Positions 39,910 to 48,623 of a stretch of DNA of 64,000 bases are shown in pieces. The position numbers were made by a program, and so were the translations under genes. Under the pieces are notes generated by a model, which saw only the letters and a program-made list of their open reading frames with translations, was not told the origin of the DNA and made no database searches. Where the stretch lies: the IMG/VR virus record IMGVR_UViG_3300030099_005362; one strand, 5' to 3'. How positions within the stretch are numbered: the stretch's first letter is position 1; each line of letters opens with the position of its first letter. The stretch comes from a virus.

Positions 39910-41166
39910 TTATATAATAATGTCTGTTAAAACTTTGCCGCCGTCTACGATTTCGATAGGTCTTTCGCCCGGAGCCATTAGCTCTTTATCGGCAACTATT
40001 CCCAATCTATTGTAGATGGTAGCGGCCCAGTCCTCTATGTTGACTGGATTTTGGTCTGGCTCACTAGCAGTGGCGTTTGAGGTTCCATATGTCATTCCTC
40101 CCTTGATTCCACCACCAGCAAGCACCGTACTAAATACCTTTGGCCAGTGGTCTCTTCCTGCACGATTATTAATTTTCGGCGTTCTTCCAAATTCAGAAAC
40201 AACACAAACCAAGGTGGAATCCAGTAGGCCACGCTGGTCTAGGTCTTCGATAAGACTTGCAAACCCCTGATCGAAAGCTGGTAGCTGGCTATTCATACCA
40301 TTGGCTATGTTGTCGTGCATGTCCCATCCGCCATAGGTAAGAGTAACAAAACGTGTTCCAAACTCAACCAGTCTTCGGGCAAGAAGCATTCTGGCACCCG
40401 CAGTATTTCTGCCGTACTTGTCTCTTGTCTGTGCCGATTCTTTCTCTATATCAAAAGCGTCCTTTGCATTTTGATCTCCTATCAAGCTATATGCACGCTC
40501 ATAAAAAGAGTTCATCGCCTTTACAGAGTCGGCGTTCTGCTTTTTGTTAAAGTTGGTATTTACTACATTAAGTACACGCTGTCTTCTTGCAAACCTTTCA
40601 TCTGGAACCGGAAGTTTCAGATCTCTAACTTGGAAGTCGTTACTGGCAGGATCAGACCCTAAACCAAACCCAGAATATGAGCTACTTAAATATCCAGTAC
40701 CTGCAAATTCGTTAGGCTGGTTGGGGATACAGACATACGGAGGAAGGTTTTTGCGAGGCCCAAACTCATGTGCAACCACTGAACCCATTGATGGGTATTG
40801 AAGGGCTGGGCTAGGTCTATAACCAGTAAACATATTGTGTGTGCCACGCTCATGAGCAGCTTCTCCGTGGGTTAGACTTTTTATAATCGTTAACTTGTCT
40901 GTAATCTTAGCGGTTTTCTTCAAAAGCTCGCCCACACGGATACCCGGAGCGACCGTGTCTATGCTGCCCAACGGGCCACGATACTCAAGAGGAGCGAATG
41001 GCTTAGGATCCCATGTTTCCTGATGAGCCATTCCTCCCGGTAAGTATATAAAAATTATGCTTTTTGCTGGGCCTTCCACGCTTTCGTAGTGCTTCTGATC
41101 GGCCATAGCCAGTGAAGCACCAAAGCTACCTAAAATACCAGCGTGTAAAAAAGATCTTCTATCCAT
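39910..41166 (-). CDS. DUF1501 family protein with Tat signal
   Basis: MDRRSFL; GGMAHQETWDPKP; LARRLVEFG; WDMH; EFGRTP; GRDHW; start at 41166 (ORF track 41307). Confidence 0.9.
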   Translation of the reverse strand: MDRRSFLHAGILGSFGASLAMADQKHYESVEGPAKSIIFIYLPGGMAHQETWDPKPFAPLEYRGPLGSIDTVAPGIRVGELLKKTAKITDKLTIIKSLTHGEAAHERGTHNMFTGYRPSPALQYPSMGSVVAHEFGPRKNLPPYVCIPNQPNEFAGTGYLSSSYSGFGLGSDPASNDFQVRDLKLPVPDERFARRQRVLNVVNTNFNKKQNADSVKAMNSFYERAYSLIGDQNAKDAFDIEKESAQTRDKYGRNTAGARMLLARRLVEFGTRFVTLTYGGWDMHDNIANGMNSQLPAFDQGFASLIEDLDQRGLLDSTLVCVVSEFGRTPKINNRAGRDHWPKVFSTVLAGGGIKGGMTYGTSNATASEPDQNPVNIEDWAATIYNRLGIVADKELMAPGERPIEIVDGGKVLTDIII

Positions 41167-41176
41167 TACTATTTCC

Positions 41177-42379
41177 TTACCACATTCTACAAGACCAGTA
41201 TCGTGCTTTCCATTTAGGCCCCGGGGCCGTGTCGCACTTATGTCTTGCCCTAAAACTTTTTCTTCTTTCGGGATTGTCTCTTTTGATCTCCATATTAGGA
41301 TCACCAAAACGAACTATAACAACTTTTCCAGAACCGTTTTTGGTATAGACAGCAAACTTCTTTGGGCCATCTGGAGTTCTGAATGGTTTATTTAATGTGA
41401 CCTTCCTGCCTTGATACTCTGCGGATTTACCTTTGTATAAAAGCGGAGTGCCGTCCTTTTTGTAGTTACCTTTTCTATTATAGCTAAATCTTTCACCCGT
41501 TTTTGGATTTTCATATACATAAGCCGCCTTGGATTTTTTAGGATGTCCCTTTGGCAGGAGGTCATTGTCCTGTGTATAGGCCGAGTTTGAGGGCTTGCCA
41601 GTTCTGAGCAAAGTAAGAAAAGCGTTTACTCTAGCCATAGCCCATCCATCTCTAGACATTTTTGGTGCGTGGCTTGTTGAGTAGGCTCCGGCACCCCTAC
41701 GATACACAGCCTTAAGCATACCAAGAGTAGCCTTTGATCCTTTGCCTTTGGCGTTATGCTCTTTTACTTTTTTAGAAAGTCTTTCAGTAGTCTTCTTGCT
41801 GAACGTAATCTTGCCACTAGGGTTCTTGGCACTGTCTGGCTTGTTTTTCTTAGATCCCCTTTTCTGATCTTTTTTGGGGGCTGGTGTTCTACGTGGGTCT
41901 CCCTTTGGCGGCTTGTCAGCGTTCGCCTCTTCAGCATAAGATGGAGGGCCAAGTTTCTTTTGTTTCTTCGGCCCCTGTGCTTTCTTTAATTCTTCTGGGC
42001 TTGGTCTACCCTCTTTTTCGGTTTTGGCTGGCCTGTAGTCGTCGCCTTCTCTCTGCTTCTTTTTACGAATGTTTTCCCATAGCCCCGGTTTAGCCACGGA
42101 AATATCCCACTCTTCAGTGCTTTCCTGAAAGTCTACATAATCAGCCTCTGCGGGTACGTAGAAGTTGTCTTCATTTATATCTTCTGTATATCCAAATGTT
42201 TCTATGTTGTATTGCATATCGACAGAAGCCGATGTTGACAGCCCTTCAAGAGCCTTAGACATACAGACCGCTGTTCTTTGTTTTCCGTCTGGAAACTCTT
42301 TTGACACCTTGTTGTCTGACATACATCTAGACATAAAGTTTTCTCTAGACTCGTCTTCTCTTCTGGAAGGCAGTGGCAT
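41177..42379 (-). CDS. basic multi-module phage protein
   Basis: modules FMSRCM, PGLWENIRKK, LKAVYRRGAGAY..WAMARVN, GDPNM..RRKSFRARHKC..ARYWSC. Confidence 0.6.
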   Translation of the reverse strand: MPLPSRREDESRENFMSRCMSDNKVSKEFPDGKQRTAVCMSKALEGLSTSASVDMQYNIETFGYTEDINEDNFYVPAEADYVDFQESTEEWDISVAKPGLWENIRKKKQREGDDYRPAKTEKEGRPSPEELKKAQGPKKQKKLGPPSYAEEANADKPPKGDPRRTPAPKKDQKRGSKKNKPDSAKNPSGKITFSKKTTERLSKKVKEHNAKGKGSKATLGMLKAVYRRGAGAYSTSHAPKMSRDGWAMARVNAFLTLLRTGKPSNSAYTQDNDLLPKGHPKKSKAAYVYENPKTGERFSYNRKGNYKKDGTPLLYKGKSAEYQGRKVTLNKPFRTPDGPKKFAVYTKNGSGKVVIVRFGDPNMEIKRDNPERRKSFRARHKCDTAPGPKWKARYWSCRMW

Positions 42380-42397
42380 TTTAATCTCCTGTTTTTT

Positions 42398-43609
42398 TTA
42401 AAATAGTTCTTTTATTATTTTTCCGGAATTAGCTATCTTCATAGGTCTTCCGCTTTTACTTGTATAAGTTGTTTGCAACGAAATACCAAGTGCCTTGCAA
42501 ACGGAAGCCATGACATCCTGAGATGTATATGGTTCGGTTTCAACACGAGTACCGTCTGAGTTGGTTTCCCCAACAGCTATGCCGCCCTTCATGCCAGCAC
42601 CACCAACAACGACACTCCAGCTTCGTGCCCAGTGGTCACGGCCAGCGTTTTGGTTGATACGTGGAGTTCTACTAAATTCGCCCATCCATATGATAGCCGT
42701 ATCCTCTAGTAGTCCTCTTTGCTCTAAGTCCTCTACTAAGGCACTCATGCCCTGATCGAGCATAGGTAACTTTGTATCTCTTAATGTTGGGAAGATGTTT
42801 TGATGGTTGTCCCATCCTCCTAAGCCCACTTCAATAAAAGGCACACCAACTTCTACTAGCCTTCTGGCCATCAGACACCCCTTACCGAAACTATTGTCTC
42901 CATATCTTTCTTTGACGTTTTCTGGCTCACCTTCAACTTTCATAGCATCCATCTCTGAGCTTGTCAAAACATTAAATGTTTTACGTAGAACCTTTTGGTG
43001 ATCCTTTGCTAAAGCTCCTCTGCTACTATTGATAAAGTTAGTTTCTATTATGTCTAGTGCCTGTGCCCTCTGATAAAATCTTTGATCTATTTTCATATTT
43101 AGATTTCTGATTCTACCATCGCTGTTTACAACGAACGGCGAATATTCCGCACCTAAGAATCCAGCACCAGCACTTGGGCCATTTACAGAGACAAACTGAG
43201 GTATCATAAGTTCTGGTTTTTCAAGCTCTTTAGATAACACAGCACCGTAACTAGGATGAACCATGTTCGGGTTTGGGACATAGCCTGTGTGCATGTAGTA
43301 TCTGCCACGCATATGATCAGCTTCACGAGTACTCATACTACGAACAATCGCCATGTTATGCATTTGCTTTGCCATCAGAGGCATGTGTTCACTTATTTGA
43401 ACATCACCACTGGTTGCGATTGGCTTAAACGGGCCTCCCGTTGGTGCATCTGGTTTTAGATCCCAAATATCCATAGTAGAAGGGCCACCTCCCATCCATA
43501 AGAGAATGGCCGATTTACCGTTTTTCTTTAGCTGTTCTTCATTGGCCTTTAAGGTGCTAGTAAGACCCAACACGCTGGCCGTAGTAGCTAAAAAATCTCG
43601 TCTTCTCAT
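42398..43609 (-). CDS. DUF1501 family protein with Tat signal
   Basis: MRRRDFL; WMGGGPSTMDIWDLKP; ARRLVEVG; WDNH; EFSRTP; GRDHW. Confidence 0.92.
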   Translation of the reverse strand: MRRRDFLATTASVLGLTSTLKANEEQLKKNGKSAILLWMGGGPSTMDIWDLKPDAPTGGPFKPIATSGDVQISEHMPLMAKQMHNMAIVRSMSTREADHMRGRYYMHTGYVPNPNMVHPSYGAVLSKELEKPELMIPQFVSVNGPSAGAGFLGAEYSPFVVNSDGRIRNLNMKIDQRFYQRAQALDIIETNFINSSRGALAKDHQKVLRKTFNVLTSSEMDAMKVEGEPENVKERYGDNSFGKGCLMARRLVEVGVPFIEVGLGGWDNHQNIFPTLRDTKLPMLDQGMSALVEDLEQRGLLEDTAIIWMGEFSRTPRINQNAGRDHWARSWSVVVGGAGMKGGIAVGETNSDGTRVETEPYTSQDVMASVCKALGISLQTTYTSKSGRPMKIANSGKIIKELF

Positions 43610-44853
43610 AGTATTGCCTTTGCTTCTCCCTCTAGTAAATATCTCGGCCTTCCTCCATTATCTATTCTTTGTATAGACTTATCTATACCAAAGTGGTCAA
43701 ACAGAGTCGCCTGAAGATCTAATGGCCCTACAGGTTTTTGTGTTGGACTGTATGACCTATCGGACTCTCCAATAGTTCTACCGGACGCATAGTTTCCACC
43801 AGCCATGAGCATTGGAGTAATAGATGGCCAATGATCCCTTCCGGAATTTGCATTTATTTTCGTTCTGCCAAATTCCCCCGTGACAACTAGCAGTATCTTT
43901 TTATTGAGACCACGAGACCATACGTCTTCAAGGAATCCAGATATAGCCTTGTCGATTGGTGCGACTCTGGTTTTGAGAGAGTTAGATATGTTGCTATGCA
44001 TATCCCATCCACCATAATGAACTGTTATGAATCTCGTCCCATGTTCTACTAGCCTTCTAGCAAGAATCATTTGCTCGCCAATATCGTTAGCTTTGGTAGA
44101 TCCATACATCGCCCTAGTTTTATCGGACTCTTTGTCTGTTGCGAAAGCTTCTTTTGCGGATCCTAAGATTACATCGTAAGCCTGCCCCTTGTAAAAATCA
44201 ACAGAGTCCGCACTTGAGCCAGCCACACTTCTGGCGTCTAGCCCTCTGAGTAGGTTCTTTCTGGTGGAAAATCTGTCTAGCTCAACTCTTGGTGTAAGGT
44301 TATCTTTGTTAGAGGGGTCAAATGGCTTATATGCTCCACCAAGCCAAGCACCTTCGTCTCCTTCGATTTTGCCCTGTTTAACATAAGAGGGAACTCCGTT
44401 CTCTGGATGGTTTGCTCCGTACACAGCAGAAACCACTGAGCCAAAGGATGGATACTTTGCTATGGAGGTCGTGGTTCTCTCTGGGTTATAGTGACCGGTC
44501 ATCATGTAATGAGTGCCCTGTCTATGCGAAGAATCTCTATGAGAGAACGAGTTTACTACATTTAGTTTTTGAGTATGCTTGGAAAGCTCAGACCAATCGG
44601 CACCTAGATTTATGTTAGTCTTAGGGTCGTAGATAGATCCATTTACAGGTCTCCATTCTACCGGCACATCTTCTGTTGGTGCGTGAAAAGTTTCAAACTG
44701 AGTCGGCCCTCCTCCTAGCCAAACCCAAACAACAGACACGTCTTCACTGGCTTCCTGTGCTATTGCCGCTTCTGAAAGACCAGCCGCACTCATGGCCGTA
44801 CCTATTCCACCTATCCTTAAAAAATCTCTCCTGTTAAAAGTGAAGTCTATCAT
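43606..44853 (-). CDS. DUF1501 family protein with Tat signal
   Basis: NRRDFL; WLGGGPTQFETF; ARRLVEHG; WDMH; GEFGRT; GRDHW; start MIDFTF (ORF track 44871). Confidence 0.9.
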   Translation of the reverse strand: MIDFTFNRRDFLRIGGIGTAMSAAGLSEAAIAQEASEDVSVVWVWLGGGPTQFETFHAPTEDVPVEWRPVNGSIYDPKTNINLGADWSELSKHTQKLNVVNSFSHRDSSHRQGTHYMMTGHYNPERTTTSIAKYPSFGSVVSAVYGANHPENGVPSYVKQGKIEGDEGAWLGGAYKPFDPSNKDNLTPRVELDRFSTRKNLLRGLDARSVAGSSADSVDFYKGQAYDVILGSAKEAFATDKESDKTRAMYGSTKANDIGEQMILARRLVEHGTRFITVHYGGWDMHSNISNSLKTRVAPIDKAISGFLEDVWSRGLNKKILLVVTGEFGRTKINANSGRDHWPSITPMLMAGGNYASGRTIGESDRSYSPTQKPVGPLDLQATLFDHFGIDKSIQRIDNGGRPRYLLEGEAKAIL

Positions 44854-44875
44854 AATAAACCCTCTCTGCAAAAAA

Positions 44876-45067
44876 TTATTCTTCAGCTACTCGTAATGCG
44901 TTTGTATTGGGTACAGGCTCTGGGAGTATTTCCGAGTCTCTAGACATGGGCACAGGCATAGGAACCTGCTGTATTACTACCGGAACGTGTCTTATGTGTT
45001 CCCAGACAATATATGTTGTAAGACATATGGAAACACTAACAAAAAAACCAAACCAGAAATTTTTCAT
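44876..45067 (-). CDS. small single-TM protein
   Basis: hydrophobic N-terminus, Pro-rich tail. Confidence 0.55.
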   Translation of the reverse strand: MKNFWFGFFVSVSICLTTYIVWEHIRHVPVVIQQVPMPVPMSRDSEILPEPVPNTNALRVAEE

Positions 45068-45068
45068 T

Positions 45069-45743
45069 TTAACCTACCTTCTCCGGAAATAAGTCCGGAA
45101 ACAAATTATACTTTACATTTTCCCAAAGTGCCCCAGAAATCACCATCGACGCATCATTGTCTGAGGGGTAGTGTACACCCTGTAGACACCTAGCGTAGCC
45201 AGCCAGCCCTATCCTCCGAAAGAAGTAAGAACTATACTGTGGATACATCGCTGCCATTTGATAGGCCGCAAACGCAGCATAGGCAGTGTGCCCAGAAGGA
45301 TATGCTGGTGTATGATGCGAGTCTGTTTCTAGTATGTTTATTTTTATGCCAAAGTGAGGTGCAAGCTGCTCTGGTCTAGGTCTATTGTAGATACCTTTTA
45401 AATTGGTGATTACCGGATCAAAGGTTTTATAGAAAAGATCTCTAAATTCCTGCCTATCAAAGCTGAGGTTTTTCTCCTCTAGGAAGGGCATAAAAAGATC
45501 TAGCGGATCTTTGTCAACAAGCATAACCAAAGAAACCTGTTCCTCTGTTAGTCTCTGGGTTATTTGAGACAAAAACTTTAGTTCCTTGAGGGTTATGGCA
45601 GAGGTATTCTTAGGTGGTTCCGGTAAAACGGTTTTCCATCCTATTGTTATCTCGTCGCTTACCTCCAAAGATTTTGGTGATTCGGTGTATTTTATTGAAT
45701 CAATCTTTTTGGAGACTTCTGAAACTATGTTGTTGGGATCCAT
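45069..45743 (-). CDS. PAP2-superfamily phosphatase
   Basis: KxxxxRPRP, YPSGH, RCLQGVHYPSD. Confidence 0.85.
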   Translation of the reverse strand: MDPNNIVSEVSKKIDSIKYTESPKSLEVSDEITIGWKTVLPEPPKNTSAITLKELKFLSQITQRLTEEQVSLVMLVDKDPLDLFMPFLEEKNLSFDRQEFRDLFYKTFDPVITNLKGIYNRPRPEQLAPHFGIKINILETDSHHTPAYPSGHTAYAAFAAYQMAAMYPQYSSYFFRRIGLAGYARCLQGVHYPSDNDASMVISGALWENVKYNLFPDLFPEKVG

Positions 45744-45802
45744 TTTTTTATTTTCCGTTTAGGTTGTGATGCACAAGATTATACACACAAACACGGGGTT
45801 TT

Positions 45803-46210
45803 TTAGAAACAATCCCTCAATACATCCTGAACGGTTGCGTGTCGGTCTTTTGACCCACAGCTATTAACAAGGTTTTTTGCATCTTTTGCGGTGTGTCCCA
45901 GAGAACGCAGTGCGGCTACAGCATCCGATCCTATTGATGTATCAGAAAATAGCTCAACTTTCTGCTTCTTCTGGGGGGTCTTCTTGCCCTTCTTCTCGGC
46001 CCGCTCAACGGTTTTTGGTCGCGTTTTGTAAACACTCCGATAGACAACCCTGTCAACCTCAACGGGAACGTACTGCACCATCGGCTTCTGCGGCCAGATC
46101 TCAATTATGTACGATAACATTCTGCAAAAAAACGCCAAGGTTATTGGTAGCGTAAAGCATAGTATTACCCAAAAGGCGATGTCTCCATTAAATGTTCCTG
46201 TGTTTTGCAT
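45803..46210 (-). CDS. membrane protein with RuvA C-terminal-like domain
   Basis: TM; DAVAALRSLGHTAKDAKNLV. Confidence 0.5.
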   Translation of the reverse strand: MQNTGTFNGDIAFWVILCFTLPITLAFFCRMLSYIIEIWPQKPMVQYVPVEVDRVVYRSVYKTRPKTVERAEKKGKKTPQKKQKVELFSDTSIGSDAVAALRSLGHTAKDAKNLVNSCGSKDRHATVQDVLRDCF

Positions 46211-46211
46211 T

Positions 46212-46514
46212 TTATACTTCCTCTTCTTTTGGCTTCCTGTATGTATTGCCTTTGTTCTGTAGCTTTTTAACTTCTTGCTCCAGCTTGAAGGTCTCTCTTT
46301 TTGCTTTTCTCTCTTTTATATTTTCGGCAAGTCTCGCATCTTTCTTTAGCTTGCCTCGTCTTTTTTTGGCCAGTTCTTTAGCTGCCTTCTTTTTTCCTCT
46401 CGCCAAGTCCTTCTGTTGTTTCTTTCTGTCTGGTTTCTTCATTGGGTGTCTCTCAATCCTATTAGTACGAGTCCGACATTTGCTAGGGCGTATGACATCC
46501 AAACCAGTGCCCAA
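46212..46514 (-). CDS. highly basic hypothetical protein (likely start MKKPDR)
   Basis: K/R-rich ORF. Confidence 0.55.
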   Translation of the reverse strand: MGTGLDVIRPSKCRTRTNRIERHPMKKPDRKKQQKDLARGKKKAAKELAKKRRGKLKKDARLAENIKERKAKRETFKLEQEVKKLQNKGNTYRKPKEEEV

Positions 46515-46557
46515 GCAAAATCCTTCTTAAACATATAGCACACTGCGACTATAAAAT

Positions 46558-46585
46558 ATAACGCCCCCACTAAGGAGGGCATTAT
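46558..46585 (-). terminator. putative terminator after hsp20
   Basis: ATAATGCCCTC-loop-GGGGGCGTTAT stem then ATTTT. Confidence 0.5.
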
Positions 46586-46611
46586 AAAAATCAGCGAGTC
46601 CAGAGTTTTCA

Positions 46612-47025
46612 TTACTTTATTTCAATCACTTTAGGTTGTTTTTCCGGAGGAAGAACTTCTTCCAGTGATACCTTAAGTAGGCCGTCTTCTAGTTCCGCAG
46701 ATTTTACCTCGATGTGCTCGCCAAGGCTAAAGGTTCTTTTGAATCTCTTAGTAGAGATCCCTTTGTGTAAGTGTTTTGTTTCTCCCGAAGGATCGTTGTA
46801 TCCCTCTATAGACAGAACGCCATCCTCCACAACAACGCTAACGTTTTCTTTCTTGTAACCAGCTATCGCTAGCTCCACAAGGATCTCGTTTTCGTTTTGT
46901 ATGATATTGAACGGAGGGAAATTGGTGCGTTCTACGTTAGACAGTCGGTCAAATATCCGACTCATTCCGATGGAATTAGAGAAGAGTTCTCTAAAGAGTT
47001 GTTCGTTTTTTGATAGTGCATTCAT
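46612..47025 (-). CDS. small heat shock protein Hsp20 (IbpA-like)
   Basis: FPPFNI, LAIAGY, LHKGIS.KRFKRTFSL, A.LEDGLLKV, PEKQPKVIEIK. Confidence 0.93.
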   Translation of the reverse strand: MNALSKNEQLFRELFSNSIGMSRIFDRLSNVERTNFPPFNIIQNENEILVELAIAGYKKENVSVVVEDGVLSIEGYNDPSGETKHLHKGISTKRFKRTFSLGEHIEVKSAELEDGLLKVSLEEVLPPEKQPKVIEIK

Positions 47026-47032
47026 ATTTTTT

Positions 47033-47079
47033 CTCCTAATTAAAGCGAGGTGTTTGACTGCCCAACATTAGGCACAGTC
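47033..47079 (-). promoter_or_regulatory. ROSE-like RNA thermometer in the hsp20 leader
   Basis: CUCGCU-UUAAUU-AGGAG hairpin pairs the SD with a bulged G; preceded by another hairpin. Confidence 0.6.
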
Positions 47080-47089
47080 TGTATAAAAA

Positions 47090-47280
47090 TGGAAGGGTGG
47101 GATTGCCTTTAACATACCCACAAATTTCGGAGCCAGTTATGGCATTGTTCCTACTTTAACCACTATCTTAACCATGTATAGCACTTGCCCGTCCGGTTAA
47201 GCCTCATGTGCTGTTACCATCACTGGCTTACTCTCGTATTTTCAGCCACCTTCCTTAGACTAGGAAGCTATCCCAGTCTA
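47090..47280 (-). ncRNA. structured non-coding RNA with tRNA-like ends, long helix and pseudoknot (possibly manA-like)
   Basis: several complementary segments directly downstream of a consensus promoter; no credible ORF. Confidence 0.65.
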
Positions 47281-47284
47281 ATAT

Positions 47285-47313
47285 ATTATAGCATATTCAA
47301 TGATCTTTGTCAA
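47285..47313 (-). promoter_or_regulatory. consensus sigma70 promoter with extended -10
   Basis: TTGACA-17 nt-(TGc)TATAAT. Confidence 0.85.
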
Positions 47314-47506
47314 GTCTTTTTTCAATTTTTTCTTTGGTTTTTAGTAGCTTCTTTTTTCTTCTGTTTATTTTTTTGGCTTCAGAGGTTGTTATGTCTGGGT
47401 TATAAAGACGATCCGAAAGTATGTGGATTCTGTCCTCTATGCTCTTTATCTGTCTGTTTGTCTTGTTTATTTTATTCATTTTTATAAACCTAGAACGTAG
47501 CGGCAC
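47297..47506 (-). CDS. small basic hypothetical protein (likely start MNKINK)
   Basis: K-rich ORF. Confidence 0.45.
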   Translation of the reverse strand: MPLRSRFIKMNKINKTNRQIKSIEDRIHILSDRLYNPDITTSEAKKINRRKKKLLKTKEKIEKRLDKDH

Positions 47507-47531
47507 CGCCGCAAGAACGAATGCCGCTACG
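47496..47531 (-). terminator. GC-rich hairpin after ssb (possible terminator)
   Basis: CGTAGCGGCA...TGCCGCTACG inverted repeat; weak U tail. Confidence 0.5.
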
Positions 47532-47545
47532 AACAGGATTGCAGC

Positions 47546-47893
47546 TTACGACTGTTCCGTAGACGCTAGTTCACGACTAGGTTTTACAACTTTGGAGAAA
47601 GTGCTAGGAAGGATACTGTAAGAGGTGCGAGACACCCCGTTTTTGTCTTCCCAATTTCTTTGACGCAATCTTCCGTCAATGATTACACGATCACCTTTGC
47701 TTAGTTGCACGTTTTGTGCGTAGGCTGCGTGACTACCCCATCCATCCACGTCAAGATACACGGTCTCTTCCCGACCGTTGCCAACAGATTCGTTGACTGC
47801 AATTCTGAACGTGACAAGATCCTTTTCAGAGATCTCTTTGTATTCCGGATCTTTGGTGAGGTTTCCCTTGAAAACTACTCTGTTATTAAACAT
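47546..47893 (-). CDS. ssb: single-stranded DNA-binding protein
   Basis: NRVVFKGNLTKDPE, FRIAVN, KGDRVIIDGRLRQRNWEDKNG. Confidence 0.9.
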   Translation of the reverse strand: MFNNRVVFKGNLTKDPEYKEISEKDLVTFRIAVNESVGNGREETVYLDVDGWGSHAAYAQNVQLSKGDRVIIDGRLRQRNWEDKNGVSRTSYSILPSTFSKVVKPSRELASTEQS

Positions 47894-47918
47894 AAAATTA
47901 AACTCCCTAAAATTAGAA

Positions 47919-48137
47919 TTAAGCGTTTGAAGATGCTCTACGGTAGAGTGCCTTCTTAGCTAGGTTACGACTTTTATCTACTCCGTGATTCTTAAGTAGC
48001 GATCTTGCGATGCTAGAGTTTGACGTTCCGGCGAAAGAGGAAACAAATTCCTTTCCCGTCATATCGCCTTTTGCAAAGTTAGAAACAGTACTTACATTAC
48101 GCTTCGTATTAAGAAGCGAGTTCCAATTTGTAGTCAT
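47919..48137 (-). CDS. hypothetical protein
   Basis: ORF with AGGAG RBS. Confidence 0.55.
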   Translation of the reverse strand: MTTNWNSLLNTKRNVSTVSNFAKGDMTGKEFVSSFAGTSNSSIARSLLKNHGVDKSRNLAKKALYRRASSNA

Positions 48138-48583
48138 TAAGACTCTCCTTTTCTTTTCTTTAAAGAAACACTAATTAATTTATGTGGACTATTATACATT
48201 CTGTCCAACATAGATGATTTTACTTCCTTACCCATGTATAGGAATTCGTATCCACTTGCATGTCTACCCTTACCTACAACAACTAAGCCGTTTTCCTTTA
48301 CGTGTTTTATTTGGTAAACTCCGGGATTTGTGAAATATAGCCTCTCACCGCTTTCCTTTAGATAGTAAGTGCCAGATCTACCAACAACCCTGACATGATC
48401 TCCGGGGTTTAGTTCTTCTTTCCAATTCTCAACAAATCTTTTCTTCTTCTTATAAAAAACGTAGCCGCACTTTTTACATGTCGCTAGTCTTGCGTGACAC
48501 TCTGTATTACAATCTGGGCACGCCTTTACCGGTTGTTTTCTTTTCTTCGCCATCTTTGTTTCCTCGCTTGGTCGGTTGGTCAT
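48137..48583 (-). CDS. zinc-ribbon-containing basic protein
   Basis: CPDC...CKKCG. Confidence 0.6.
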   Translation of the reverse strand: MTNRPSEETKMAKKRKQPVKACPDCNTECHARLATCKKCGYVFYKKKKRFVENWKEELNPGDHVRVVGRSGTYYLKESGERLYFTNPGVYQIKHVKENGLVVVGKGRHASGYEFLYMGKEVKSSMLDRMYNSPHKLISVSLKKRKGES

Positions 48584-48590
48584 TACTATT

Positions 48591-48619
48591 ATTATATATC
48601 AACTATCGTCGTTTGTCAA
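48591..48619 (-). promoter_or_regulatory. consensus sigma70 promoter
   Basis: TTGACA-17 nt-TATAAT. Confidence 0.8.
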
Positions 48620-48623
48620 TCGG

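Noticed and set aside
41167-41307. N-terminal extension of the DUF1501 ORF
   Set aside because: Overlaps the upstream gene; the Tat signal and RBS indicate a start at 41166
47090-47254. Canonical or intron-containing tRNA
   Set aside because: No TTCRA T-loop, no D-loop GG, no anticodon arm, and too short for a group I intron; kept as an unknown ncRNA
47185-47487. 100-aa + strand ORF over the ncRNA/promoter region
   Set aside because: Wrong strand; F/L/C-rich shadow of a Lys-rich gene
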